Shown here: one piece after another, positions 180,137 to 192,659 of the stretch
Layout: each line of letters opens with the position of its first letter
How positions within the stretch are numbered: position 1 is the stretch's first letter
Assembly (NCBI RefSeq): GCF_000400465.1
Contig: NW_008806282.1
Coordinates: 20,001-268,000, forward strand
Direction of reading: 5' to 3'
From: Wallemia ichthyophaga EXF-994
Taxonomy: Eukaryota > Fungi > Basidiomycota
DNA length: 248,000 bases
Notes under the pieces: model-generated
What the model saw: the letters and a program-made list of their open reading frames with translations, nothing else
Database searches by the model: none
Told to the model about the DNA's origin: nothing
Made by a program: the position numbers and the translations under genes

Positions 180137-180616
180137 ATGCGAATTATTTCAACACCAGACAAAGGCAGGGGAGTATTCGCATCGCAGCCCATCAAAATCG
180201 GGGAGGTAGTTGAGATATCCCCCGTTCTCTTATTCACGAAGGAGGTGAGAAGATGCTTATCGCTCAATGCTAAGGCTAACACTATTCAGGAATACACGCA
180301 GCATGGACAGCACACAGCGCTCGATGACTATACCTTCGTGTGGCCAGATCGGAGTGGGAGGATGGGATTGGCGATGGGGATCGGATCTATGTTCAACCAC
180401 CACAAACAGCCTAATGTGAGTTATAGCATTAACACTCATACGCTCACAATCACATTCAAAACAACACGCCATATAAATATCAACGATGAGTTATGCATTT
180501 CTTACGGCCCTGAATCTAAATTGTGGTGGAGGAATACTCAAGTGGATGATGATGAGGATGATCAAGTTAAGGATATGAGCGAATTAGATCTCTTGCAATG
180601 TGATTATGGTAGTTAA
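180137..180616 (+). CDS. Small SET-domain methyltransferase (Set7-like)
   Basis: KGRGVFA, SMFNHH, ELCISYG. Confidence 0.85.
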   Translation: MRIISTPDKGRGVFASQPIKIGEVVEISPVLLFTKEVRRCLSLNAKANTIQEYTQHGQHTALDDYTFVWPDRSGRMGLAMGIGSMFNHHKQPNVSYSINTHTLTITFKTTRHININDELCISYGPESKLWWRNTQVDDDEDDQVKDMSELDLLQCDYGS

Positions 180617-180717
180617 TGTTATTGTTTTGAGTGTGTGTGCGTACGTGGATTTCATTTATTTATTTGGGTATCCTTTGTTTTACTTTGTTTAATTTGATGC
180701 TTTATGCTGCGTACTGG

Positions 180718-181894
180718 TCAACCTCTCCCGTTCGTCATCATCATCTGCCTCGCCTATATCGAATATAGCGTCATTCGAGCCACTCTCTACGGCTTGATCG
180801 CGCATGTTTAGCTCGTCATACTCCATCACTCTGCCTGTCGATGGATCGATTGGCTGGTTGGAGCTTGTGACTTGTTTGTATTTGATGTAGTTGTAGACAC
180901 TTGATTATACTTGTTAGCATGTGTAATAAAAGCAAAACACAAGAACCCACCAAATACCCAAAATAGTGATACACATTCCTGTCACGTTTATTGGGGTTAG
181001 AGTGTCACCAAAAATAGCCGAGCTAATGAATATTGTGAGAAGCTCCTTAAATATTCCTGCGATAGACATGGTGATGATAGATGAGCGCTCTATCAGCTTG
181101 AACTCGGATAGCACCATACCGAAAGCGAGAAAACCAGGTGAGATGATCATCAAGCAGGATTTTAGTGAGTGGAGTGCACCAAATTGGAAGTAATCACTGT
181201 GGAAGATATCCCACCAACTCTCAAATATGACGCTGAGTAGAATTAGACATGCGAACATGACAGGCGCGAGGAAATAAAGAATGATGAGAGGATTCTTCAG
181301 TCCATACTTCTGTTTCTGAAGAAGGATTTGAGTGAGAGACCAACGCAAACCACCCGCGGCTGTAGCGGACATGACTTGAATAGCGCCAGAAAGGACGAAA
181401 GAAGTTTCAGCGCTGACCATCAACACCACACCGATAGCTATAATGACGATAATCACAGCCATTGATAGCGATGGTCTCTCCAATTTGAACAGGAAAGCGA
181501 AGAAAAGGACCCAGATGAGTGAAGAGGACTTGCACATCGTGTAGAAAGTGAGAGTGATCGACTTAAGTGATAAGTTGCTTAAGCCAATGTCTAAAGCTGT
181601 AGCTAGAGCGCAAGGTATAATTCTCTTGCTATAATCTAATAGTGTCATAGGTTCGTTCGTTTTAAGTGCGGGGAATATCTTCAGACCGATAAAGGAGAGG
181701 ATCCACTGCATGAGCATGTGCCAGCTGGTCATGAATAGCGGGAAAGGGAAGCTGGACTGGCTGACGGAGAAGATCCACTTGTTGTAGACAGACAGGCTGA
181801 ATGCGAACGTGTACCAAAGTGAGATGTAAATGAGATTAATGAGCGCATGCCTGAAGTACCAGCTTCTTTTATCGTCTTGATTTTCCAAAGGCAT
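180718..181894 (-). CDS. Triose-phosphate/nucleotide-sugar transporter family protein
   Basis: SVYNKWIF, LDIGLSNLSL, FYTMCKSS, AGIFKELLTI. Confidence 0.85.
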
Positions 181895-181919
181895 CGTTGT
181901 CAGCAATCAACGAGCACTT

Positions 181920-183368
181920 ATGACAGAACACCCGATCAAGCATGGAGACTTAGAGCTGGAGAACGCCGACGAGTATCCGTGGGTTTCTCGTAGAGTGCAA
182001 TATACCCACTCACATACTCTCAGCACCATTTTCACCACGGAAACAAGGCTCAGGAGAGGATTGTGTCCGGTGACGCAAAATAAACTGAATCCCGCTGAAT
182101 CCCACCAGCTCTACTACGAAGTACACGGCTCAGCTGATCCACAAGCTGAGAAGTTGGTATTCATTATGGGTTTGAATGGTAGTTGCTTCGGCTGGTCCAA
182201 ACAGATCAACAACCTCGCACTCACAGGGAAATATCAGCTGCTAGCCTTCGATAATAGAGCAGTTGGTCACTCAACTGGTCCCAGAGGTCCTTACAGGTTG
182301 GCGTTGCTCCTCCTCAGCCACGTGCACTCCTCTCACACAATTCCAGCACTAGCGGTATGGCAGAGGATGTCATAGTCCTTCTTGACCTACTGGGATGGAC
182401 AAACAGCCGCTCTCTTCACTTAGTTGGAGTTAGTATGGGTGGTATGTAAGTCGTGTCTTCAATTCCAATCCGAAGCTCAATTTCTCTTAGGATTTCACTT
182501 GAGCTGTGCCATAGAATCCACGAACGTATCGCGTCTCTCACTCTCGCAGTCACTAGCAGAGGCTATGGCCCTTTCTGGAATCTACCATCGGTACGTCATC
182601 GATAAGCATGTCTGCTGTCGTTGTAACATCACCGCAGTGGAGAGGTATCTACACCCTCATGTCCTTCTTCACTATCAGTGATAGCGAAAAACTCATTCAG
182701 TCGTACCTAGAACTAGTGTAGGTATTGTACTTCACTCTTTGCAACCGGCTTAGACTTGCTACCCAGATTCCCTATCCATTGGCTCGCTGAGATACGCGAG
182801 AATGACAGCCTTAAACGCACAAATAGAGAATGTGAAAGAGATGTGCGAGGGACCTTGAAAAAAGGTGTCAACCTACTCACACGCCCAACAGCACATGATC
182901 GAAAGAGCCAAATACTCTAGAGAACAAGATCCCTTCGGTGCCATCTCTCAAATGTATGCTGCCTTAGGACACAGCGTGTCTCCAGCCAGAATGAAGTTGA
183001 TTGATCACAATATACCAAAGGTGAGTAGTGAGTTTCGGGGGGAAGGTAGTTGACCTGTGCTATAGATAACTATCGTATCTGGAGATGAAGATTATCTAGT
183101 TGGTGAGTTTAGATGTATTTTTCTGTCTAACTCCCGCCTAATCACTCTCCCTAGACATATCATGTTCAGTTGATCTCAAGAAACACTTGCCAAGGTGGGA
183201 ATGGTTGGACATTAGCTAAGTAGCAGCTAACCCGCAAACAGTGCAACATACACTGTATTTGAAAATACAGGCCACGGTCTCATCGGTCAGCGTCCCTTCA
183301 GATTCAACAAGCTCATCGAGGACACTGTCGCAGAAGGGTCTGAAATAGTTGGCAGGAAAGCCAGGTAG
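181920..183368 (+). CDS. Alpha/beta hydrolase (multi-exon)
   Basis: YYEVHG, FDNRAVG, VGVSMGG. Confidence 0.75.
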
Positions 183369-183632
183369 ACCTTCGCTTAAGGAAATAAACACCTTCACTC
183401 ACTCTACCGCTTACTCATTTCATCACGAAAAATTACGCACATACAAGCTATTCACGTGACACGATCCTTTATTGTTAGACATCTATATAGAAATATAAAT
183501 ACTTGATATACCTCCGTCAATAGCTAGAGATAAGCTAGATAGTGAGAAGAAGTGTATTACTTTAGATGCTTATATGCAATCAATGCAGTTGTTTTGATAT
183601 ATGTGATTCACTGAGCCACTTTTATGCCATGT

Positions 183633-185530
183633 TTATGCGGTATTCTTGATAATTGCGTCTAATTCCTGCACTACTTCTGTAGCACTTGGGCGGTGTTTAC
183701 CATCTTGCACCCACATACGTTCGATGAGGTCAAGAACATCACCACCCCACTGCCTCTTGAACTGATTCAGAGACGGTCTGAGTGTGTTGCATTAGATATA
183801 TCACAAAACAAAAGCTCAACGCACCTTTTATGCTTTTGTCCTACCTGATCATAGATGAAATGCTCATTTTGACCTTCCCAGGGATAGCATTTTTTAGTAC
183901 TATGCCACTGCAATATCTCCCAATACACGAGAGCAGTAGCAAAAATATCAACTGAGGCAGTATACGAAGGCTTAGCCGACCACAACTCAGGAGCCTGCCA
184001 GTTGACAGTGCCGACTAGAGACTGGATCATAGATCTGGTACTCTGCTTCACTCTTGCCAGACCGAAATCATTTAACTTAGCTCTACCATTATCGTCTATC
184101 AACACATTACTCGACTTCATATCACGATGTATGACTTGCGGCTTGCATGTGATATGTAGATACTCCAGCCCTCTGGCAATGTCAAGCATAATAAGTAAGG
184201 CTTTCTTGTTCGTTGGGGGTGGATTGTTGCGGAGGTAGTCGAACAAATCGCCATTCTTGCATAATTCACTGATCAGCATCACTGGTGCACCATTTCCAGG
184301 CACTGAGACGCCTATAAACTTGACAATATTGGGATGATTTAATTTTGACAGTACTTGAAGTTCTCTGATATCCATCTCGGTTAATTCTCCACGTATATCT
184401 GCCACTGCGCACTTTTTCTTGCGGATTGATCCTACGTAAACATCTTTGAAACCACCAGAACCTATTCTTTCTTTCTTTTCCACTATCGTAGCCTTGATTT
184501 CCTTATTGACTAATCCAAGTTCCTGTAAATCCAACGCCAGTCCTTCGCTAGTATTGCTCGAACGATGACCTGGTTTGGGAGTAGCTTTAGAGACATCGGT
184601 GGTGTCACTCTGGCGAGCTGTAACAGTGCTTGAAAGGTCTGACAGCACAGCGCGTGTAGGTTTCGTACCTCGACCTTGGCGAGAGCGTTTTTTCTGTGGT
184701 TTGGGTGTGTGCAGGTCGCTATCGATGCTGGCGTTCTCCTCGAAATCCGACACAGCAGTGGTAGAGCTGATTTCTGAAGCGGATGATACGGGAACACTAT
184801 GCATATCCTCCTTATGCAACAGAAGTAATTCAATCAGATCATCTTTAGTGTGGTGTTTTGAATGCTCTATCCCTGAGACATTGCACATTTGTTCCAGTTG
184901 TCGCTTCAGATACCGTTTCAGAGATGATACGGTCTCATCGCGCATATCCACGTCTATATCCGTATCGCTAACGTCATCGGATTGGCGGACGCCGCGCATA
185001 TCTCTATTCTCAGCATCGCTAGAGTGATTGCTAGAGCTTGCGGTAGCGGCAGAATCTTTCTCGCTATCTGCTATGCTCATTAGGGACACGCTCTTTGCAA
185101 AGTCCTCGTCGGGTGTATGTGATGAGTCAATTGAGATTGTACGCGTGCGCAACTGATATCTATTCTGAGGCTGGGAGGAGTTGTTGAGAGACTCCACGCT
185201 TATTTTGTTCATGGCCTTGCGCTTGGCTGCGCGTGTGCGCTTTGCAGTTGCACCTGAGCTTTGGGAGTTAACGTTGCTAACGCTGAGGGGCTTGGTTGAG
185301 TATCCATCTTCGTATTCGTCTTCGGAAGAGAGACTGACGGGATGAACACAGCGCCTGTCTCTGAGCCCGTCTTTCTCGAGGAGTATCTCGATTAGCATTT
185401 CCTTGGTACACGCGCGCAGATCACCGCAGTCTGAGCCCTCAGTCGCACTCGCCGTGAGCATTTCCAGCAGATCAGCCTTCCTGCACCGCCTCAGCTGATC
185501 CTCATGTGATTTCGTTGACATCGTTGACAT
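183633..185530 (-). CDS. Tyrosine-kinase-like (TKL) protein kinase
   Basis: IGSGGFKDVY, HRDMKSSN, DFGLAR, GTVNWQAPE. Confidence 0.88.
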
Positions 185531-185568
185531 CGTTGTCGCTGTGTAACCTCTTATAGACACCCCACCAA

Positions 185569-186345
185569 GTGCCCAAAAAGTTGTGGCGCGTTTCCAACCT
185601 CTCTAGAATACAGCCGATGCAGACGCGTGATAATCTCATCAGCTTCTCTCCCGTCGACTTCACGCCGCCGCCGCTGCCTATCCGTAGCGGCGGAAGTGGG
185701 AATGTAGGGGGCGTAGGAAGCGCAGCGGATACAGCGGGTACAACAGACACCGCTAGCAACAGAAGAAACAGCATCACGCCTCCTCCACCTCCCCTCCCAC
185801 TCAGGAAAGGGAGCGGTAGCAGCACGTCGAGCATCCATGCCACCGCTAGTGCACTCAGCAGACCTCAGCCAGCTACACCTGCGCCAGCGAGTAAAGTAAA
185901 ATCAAGCATACCCATTATGCCCCCGCCTGCGCGTATCAATAGCCCCGGAAGCAGTCTGCGCGGAGGACCTAGTAATACGTCACTAAATAGAATAACCGAA
186001 CGGAGTCGATCGGGCAGTGTAAATAGCACATCTAGCACACCACAATCAATACGCAATTCTCCTGCTCCTAGCTCGATATTCAAATTGACGCAGCCGACTC
186101 CTATCGACAAAATCCGCTATCAGAGTCTGTATAACAGACTTATGGAAAGGCAAAGTAAGGCAAGCGATAGGGGTGCGTTGGATGTCAGAATAGTGAGAAG
186201 AGTTTGGAAAGCTTCAAAATTAGATAATGTATACTTGGACACTCTCTACAACAACTGCAACACACCAAACAAAGAAATGGATGCAAATACATTCACCAAA
186301 TCATTAGCCACTATAGATTCGGAGCTGAGACGACGCAAGTCATAG
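185569..186345 (+). CDS. Pro-rich protein with C-terminal EH-like domain (Irs4/Tax4-like)
   Basis: RYQSLY..IVRRVWKASKL..LDTLY. Confidence 0.5.
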   Translation: MPKKLWRVSNLSRIQPMQTRDNLISFSPVDFTPPPLPIRSGGSGNVGGVGSAADTAGTTDTASNRRNSITPPPPPLPLRKGSGSSTSSIHATASALSRPQPATPAPASKVKSSIPIMPPPARINSPGSSLRGGPSNTSLNRITERSRSGSVNSTSSTPQSIRNSPAPSSIFKLTQPTPIDKIRYQSLYNRLMERQSKASDRGALDVRIVRRVWKASKLDNVYLDTLYNNCNTPNKEMDANTFTKSLATIDSELRRRKS

Positions 186346-186351
186346 CTAAAA

Positions 186352-187614
186352 CTAATCAATTAACGACCCAACGTCTTCATACCACGCCTTTCGAACATTC
186401 TCATTCAAGTACCGTAAATCACTATTTAATCTATTCAGCATTGCATCCGAATATCCTTCTTTAGTGAGTAAAAGCGCCTCTGTGACGTATATAGCGACTG
186501 TGATTTGAGCTAGTGGCTTCTCTGGGCGTAAACTCTTGCGCGTGTCATCTAATGATAGCTCGTCATGGAAGTATGCCTTGATAGCTTTAAGATGTCTTGG
186601 TTGTAGCGATGTAATGCGAGTACCTTCCCGTTCTATTGATCTGTTAGCCGTGTTATACTTTACTTTGTTCGAAATTGAGTTCCTGATGTGGGTATCTGAA
186701 GTGGTAGGTATAGGCTTGGTATTGTTTGCAGCGTTGTTTGGTGTCTCTTTAATTAAACCAGTTTCGTAGTCCTTTTCTACTAAGAAATTGCTATAATCGG
186801 TATCTTTGGATTGTTCTGATAATCGTTTATACATCTGATAGCCAGCGTAAACATCATTAGCCGCATATTCTATCTGCTTCCAGTCAAGAAAAGACTCCCA
186901 ATCACCAACTCTCTCATTTCCTTTATCCAGTCGCTGTTTCAACACATACTCTGTCAATTTGTCCAGTGATATCAACACTTTATTCGTGCCCAGATCTTCG
187001 GCGTGGATAGATTTAGCGAGGAAAGTCAACTCCAGCAACCCTTTACACTGTACCTTGTAGTCATTGAAGAATTTGCGACCATCGTTGCCAATATTGACAC
187101 CAAATTTAATAATGTCTTTGTTTGTGAGAAGTTTGATTAGCTCTTGAGGTAATTTTGGCATGTGGTAGAGGTGTAGGATAACAATAAGCTTATCATCACA
187201 TAGCTGTGCTTTGTCAGCTTTGCGTGGCTCAATGGCCACACTCACCTGTACAAGTGCTGTGGGACGTTGACGTGCGTTCTTACGGAAATCGACTTTCCAC
187301 TCCATATCAAAACCTACAGGACCTCTAAGGAGGGAAATTAGATCATCAGCTTCTTCCAAAGAGCGCGTGTAGGCAATCCCTGGTGCTTTGAGACCTTTGT
187401 TTGAGAAACTCGGTGGACGTGTGTAAGAGTAGAGAGGGAGGGGAGTGACTGAGGGTTTAATTGGTGGTTTACTGGCCTTTCTAGGAGTACTCTGTAGCGT
187501 CTTGTTGCGGTAATCAGCGGGTGGGTTTGGGTTTGGAGGTGTAGTAGCCACACCAGTAAAACCACCAGTCAAATCTATAATTTTATCATTTGATAGTCTT
187601 CTTATTAAATTCAT
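186352..187614 (-). CDS. WRN-like 3'-5' exonuclease
   Basis: VGFDMEW, TALVQ, KFGVNIGND, QIEYAANDVY. Confidence 0.85.
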   Translation of the reverse strand: MNLIRRLSNDKIIDLTGGFTGVATTPPNPNPPADYRNKTLQSTPRKASKPPIKPSVTPLPLYSYTRPPSFSNKGLKAPGIAYTRSLEEADDLISLLRGPVGFDMEWKVDFRKNARQRPTALVQVSVAIEPRKADKAQLCDDKLIVILHLYHMPKLPQELIKLLTNKDIIKFGVNIGNDGRKFFNDYKVQCKGLLELTFLAKSIHAEDLGTNKVLISLDKLTEYVLKQRLDKGNERVGDWESFLDWKQIEYAANDVYAGYQMYKRLSEQSKDTDYSNFLVEKDYETGLIKETPNNAANNTKPIPTTSDTHIRNSISNKVKYNTANRSIEREGTRITSLQPRHLKAIKAYFHDELSLDDTRKSLRPEKPLAQITVAIYVTEALLLTKEGYSDAMLNRLNSDLRYLNENVRKAWYEDVGSLID

Positions 187615-187655
187615 ATTCCTAGTGAGCATCACAATGCGGTAGATAACCAACGACG

Positions 187656-189547
187656 ATGATCTCAGTTGAAGAGACTATTAATTTAATAGAGAACATTAGA
187701 AATCAGCCTAATGACAGCAATTTACTTGAAGCACTTAGAGTTCTAGTTGCTGTCGACTACACAACGGCTCTATTCTCCACTATCACTCAATCTGTGCTGA
187801 TATCCAGCCATATTAAATATACTGAGAAGATCACCTTCTTCAAGTCCCTCACTGAATTCAAATTATCAAGTGGATTCAACTTGATTGGCTTGCTCGATTC
187901 TGTCTCCAGCTTCAACCAGCCTCCTTCACTCAAATTCTCCTATTTTGCCGGTGTTCTTTTGGCTGTGCAGTCTGACAACTTAAAGCTTAGAATTGAATGT
188001 GAAAATGCTCTTATTTGCGAGCTTGAAGATAGCCTACTGCTTGAGAAAGTTGCTATCAATGACGACACTTATCTTCAAGCCCTAATCTCTATTCTCCCAC
188101 ATATACCCTCATCAAAGCTCAGATTGATGGATACCAAGGTGTGCACATTCCTTGGAGCTTCTTACCAGTAATGTTTACTCAACACAGCCTCTAACGATCC
188201 TCTTTGCGAAAATCCTCTTTGATTCACTTAGCGTTGACAGCCTGGATGGCTCGATCGAGGTGGGCAGGAGTATCTAATATTACACCTGCTCTAACATCTA
188301 TCAGACTAAGTGCACGGAAATGCAACAAAGAACTCATTATCCCAGCATATCGTCCATATCACAAACTCTCACTCGTTTGTTCACACTCCGGTCACGTCAG
188401 GATAGTTCGGAATTGGAACAAGTACTAAGCACTCTGCTAGCTCTAGTATCTCAGAACGAGAGGATGCGACTACAGTCTGAATCAACGGAAATGTCCATCA
188501 ATACTCAAGTAATGTCTCACTTTAAAATACTCTTATACACCTCAATTACCATTCTATACGGGACTATCACACATTTAGCCACATCGAATGGCTTTGAGTG
188601 TGTTGAGGGGGTTGAATATGATCTACCCCTTGCCACACTACGCATTATGTCCAGATTGGCAATCATCAACAGCATACTAAATCCAGATGGAGAGTTGCGA
188701 CAGTGGAGGAGCATCAACATGCTTTGCGTAGACATGATAAATGCACAGAAAGACGTCAAACAATCTGAGCAGGTATTAGATATGCTTGTCGCTGAAACCA
188801 CCCTCGATAACTACAAACACCTATCGAAAGTCAACCATCTGTTTCATATTGCAGAATTTGTTGTTTTGAACTGCACAGTGGAGTTCGCAGTAGCTATACT
188901 TCTACCTGTATGTGATAGGTAGGTGATATTATACAGCAATTCGTAACTACTAACGTAGTTCCAAAGATATCTGGAGGATAGCACCGACATGGTTACTTTC
189001 GAGAATGCGCACTCAGTCACGCTTACTCTCTTCGCCGGGGTCAAACCTAATGCATTGGACCAAGTATTGGTAGCTAGAGTGATGAGCTACAGCATCACGC
189101 TCCTAAAAGTGAGATCAATCCTAAATAGCCAGCTAAGTTGACCACATGATTAAGGTTATGCGCATCTTATCACAGGAGCAATTTAGATTGGCGTATCAAA
189201 GTGTCATTAAGAAGGTATCTGCTCATTCGACAGATCTGACACAATGGTGCATTGACGGTTTGCTTGACTCGTATAAGAGCGTGGAAGAGGATCAAAAAAT
189301 CAAGATAGCGTACACCCTGCCTACGCTACTGCCACTTATTAACCATCACCTACTCGATAGCTTCCTTGTATCACTAGAACGTCTTCTCAGCAGTCATTGG
189401 ATTGCAGAGAACCGTGAAGATCTCCTCACTCTCACTTACAAATCAATTAAGCTGACAGGAGATGAGAGTAACCTCTTAAAATGTCTAAATTGGTGGGGTG
189501 ATTACACATCCCGAATCAAGAGCCTACCAATAAAGTCACGCCTGTAA
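187656..189547 (+). CDS. Peroxin Pex8-like protein (ends in SRL)
   Basis: Helical protein, FENAHSVTL motif, C-terminal PTS1 SRL. Confidence 0.55.
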
Positions 189548-189700
189548 GCTTCATATTGCACACGTGCAAGTATAACTGTATCATTATATCAGCCCTACAA
189601 AACATAAATTCATAATGAGAAAACAAGTCAATGTAAAACCCAGACAAAGATGATGTGAAACAAGTGAAGAAAGACGAACACTCTTGGACGTGAAAAGCTT

Positions 189701-190702
189701 TTAGACATAAGGAGGACCCATAATCTTACGCATTTGATTGATAGTAAAATCGACAACGAGGAGAAGAATACCACCACCTGGTCCCAATCTAGTAGCCTTT
189801 GGTATGAATCCTTTGAACAACGCCTTTACACCTTCTTCTCTAGCGACCAGCAATAGAGATGGATATGTCCAATTGTATTTTGGTACTACTCCAGGTACCT
189901 TCACGGTACCCTGTATACGACTTTTAACAACGTCGAATGGAGTGTTGAGCACTGTGCCGCACAGACCACCAATTGTACCCGCCGTAAAATTGTTGAAGAG
190001 GTTCGCCGAATTTGATTCTGCCTTTGGAAGCAAAGAGCGTACTTGGAAGATAACACCGAAGTAACCACCGTCTTGGGAATGAGCGTGGTTAGCAAGGAGT
190101 GAAAACTCAAGAAAAAAAAAACTCACTCCACCAGAAGTGTCTCCAGAAAGTAGCTTCCATGCCTGCGTACATACCCAAGACACCATCGCTCTTGACGGTA
190201 TGTTTGATTACATCGAGTGGACCTGTAGGGAGAAATTAGAATAATACTGCGTGCACACAGCAAACACACCCTTGAAAGTGCTTGTCTTGTCCTGCAACCG
190301 AATCTTAATCAACTCAAATGGAGTAACGACGAATGATTCGGTAGCACCCGCACTGCATCCGGTAGCCAAAGAAAGACCCTGTGTCATCTCACTAACGCCA
190401 GCCAAAGACTTGTAAGTCTTTCCCCAGTAGTCATTCGCCGCGAACTTTACCGCTCTCTTCGGAGCTTCAAGGGTCAATGGAGCAGCGAGACCTCTGTACA
190501 ATTTAGAGAAACCTTCGCTCTTTGCGATTTCCGACAACATCTTCACCATCCCTTGGCTTTTGCCTGCTTCGAGCTGCATTCTCGTCTTTGCAATATCAGT
190601 CGGATACATGGTCAGTATTTCAACAACACCGCCAATCGCTCCTGCTAAAGGCATAGACCAGCCTGGTAGAGGTGCTGGAGATGGGGATTTTTTCTGTTCC
190701 AT
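189701..190702 (-). CDS. ODC1: Mitochondrial 2-oxodicarboxylate carrier
   Basis: YPTDIAKTRMQ, EAPKRAVKF, TPFDVVKSRIQ. Confidence 0.88.
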
Positions 190703-191263
190703 TATTTTGGTCCGAATGAAGCTAAAGCAAGCGACTAGGGACACCGTTTATCAATTTTACACTTATCCGATGACCACGGCCGTTGAGTGAGCAAGGCCGG
190801 TGATGGGCGGAAATGGGCGTGGTGAGTAAACGTTTCTGTTCTAATCACCTGCCAGCTTGTGTTTTAGTGTGTTTAGTCTCCACGTGATTTAGGTCATTCG
190901 GCGAAGATTGATAACGTTGTGGGGTAATTAATTCTCATTATAATTCTAGACTTGTATTTGTACTGCCCTGTTTACGTCTTGTAGTCTTGTGAGCTGCTTT
191001 ATCTTTCGCATCCGATACTCCGAAAAGTTAGACGAAACTCAAACTCATATGATTCACTTTGTGTGCAGTTTCTGAAGAGGATTAGGAACGCGCTAATTTC
191101 CGATAATTCATTGCGTAGATACTGTATCGCAACTTCAAAGCTAACCCTCCATATCATCATGTCTCCGTTCCTGTCACATAATCAGCGCACTCTCCAACAC
191201 CCATTTGCAGCGCATAATGTCACATTAATTCATACATAATTTCATCAAACAATCATTATCCCT

Positions 191264-192319
191264 TTATTTGCCAACGAGGTGCTCTACTTTGGCCTGTGCG
191301 CGGGAGAGACCAGCCTTTCCAATTTGAGAGAGGATGGTGCCAGTATCTTTTTCATCCTTGAAGTAGATGTAGCCGAGCATTTCAGAGCCGTCGTTGTATC
191401 TCTTGTTTTTGTTTGCACCTTCCAAAGTCTGGACATCCTCAGCACTCAATGCAACAACAGACTCAAAGTTCTCCTTGATTCTTGAAACTGTCTTTGGGAT
191501 TGGTGAAATGTTCTTCGCAAGAAGGAACGAAAGCGCTATTCCGTGGTTAGAAGTTTGGTATTTCTGCGCCAAAGCCTTCACAGCTGGATCTTCTACAACT
191601 TCAGCGTTCGAGCCGTAGATGTGGTTCAAACCACCAAATGGACTGTAAGCAGTGACTTGGATGCCCTGTGATTGTGCGTACTTGACCAACTCAGGTTGTT
191701 GGTTGTAGACGTGTAATTCAACTTGGAGAGATGATGGTCTGATTTTTGCCGTCTTGAGGAGGTCTGCAATTTCCGACTTTGTGTAGTTGGAGATACCAAT
191801 GTTCTTACATTTTTGTGGGACTTGGGTTTCCATTGCAGCCCACGTGTCCTTCTCCTCAACATTGTGGTCTTTGAGTGGGAAACCCTTGTCGTCTTGTGGG
191901 ATTTGAGCGGATCCATCGTAGTTTGGTCCTGTTGCAAGGGCACCTGGCCAGTGAATCAAGTACAAGTCAAGGTACTCTAATTGGAGGTCCTCGAGAGTCT
192001 TGTTAAGTCCTCTGGTGACATTCTCTGGCTTCTTTGAGTTCAACCAGAGCTTCGAAGTGACAAAGATCTCGGAACGTGGAGTACCAGTTGCTTTGAGCCA
192101 ACGTGTAATACCTTGACCGACCTCACGCTCGTTTTGGTAGATTGCAGCGGAGTCGATGTGACGGTAACCAGCTTCAAGTGCTGCATACACAAGGTCAGCA
192201 GCCTTCTCGTTTGGTAAGTTCCAGCATCCGTAACCGAGCTTAGGGATTCCGGCAGAGTTGGTGTCTGCGGCGGTTGCTGGGGCGTTAGCAAAGGCGATTC
192301 TTTCAGTTTGAATTGGCAT
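191264..192319 (-). CDS. Aldo-keto reductase (copy A, intronless)
   Basis: GYRHIDSAAIY, TSKLW, DLYLIHWP, IGISNY. Confidence 0.92.
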   Translation of the reverse strand: MPIQTERIAFANAPATAADTNSAGIPKLGYGCWNLPNEKAADLVYAALEAGYRHIDSAAIYQNEREVGQGITRWLKATGTPRSEIFVTSKLWLNSKKPENVTRGLNKTLEDLQLEYLDLYLIHWPGALATGPNYDGSAQIPQDDKGFPLKDHNVEEKDTWAAMETQVPQKCKNIGISNYTKSEIADLLKTAKIRPSSLQVELHVYNQQPELVKYAQSQGIQVTAYSPFGGLNHIYGSNAEVVEDPAVKALAQKYQTSNHGIALSFLLAKNISPIPKTVSRIKENFESVVALSAEDVQTLEGANKNKRYNDGSEMLGYIYFKDEKDTGTILSQIGKAGLSRAQAKVEHLVGK

Positions 192320-192659
192320 CTTGATTGTTAGTGTGAGAGATGTGCGAGCGAATGACAGCACAATGTTGGAGGGACGAGATGTGGTGCGCTGATAATGATG
192401 TAATTAATAATAAATTACATCAAATATGTGTTGGAATTCACCAATAACAGCTAAAGCCGTGCTCAGCGTCTGCTAACGTGTTTGTGCGCGCTCAGAATGT
192501 GGTTATAAAAAGTGTGATTCACAAACCAAGGCACGAGATCCGAATATTAAAGACATTGTTTAGTTAGCTGCTTAATTGATAATTACTTCTATGTATTTCT
192601 ATAATTCAAACGACTCGTACCGTTGGAGCTGCTTACAGTTTATGAATTATTGAATTAAG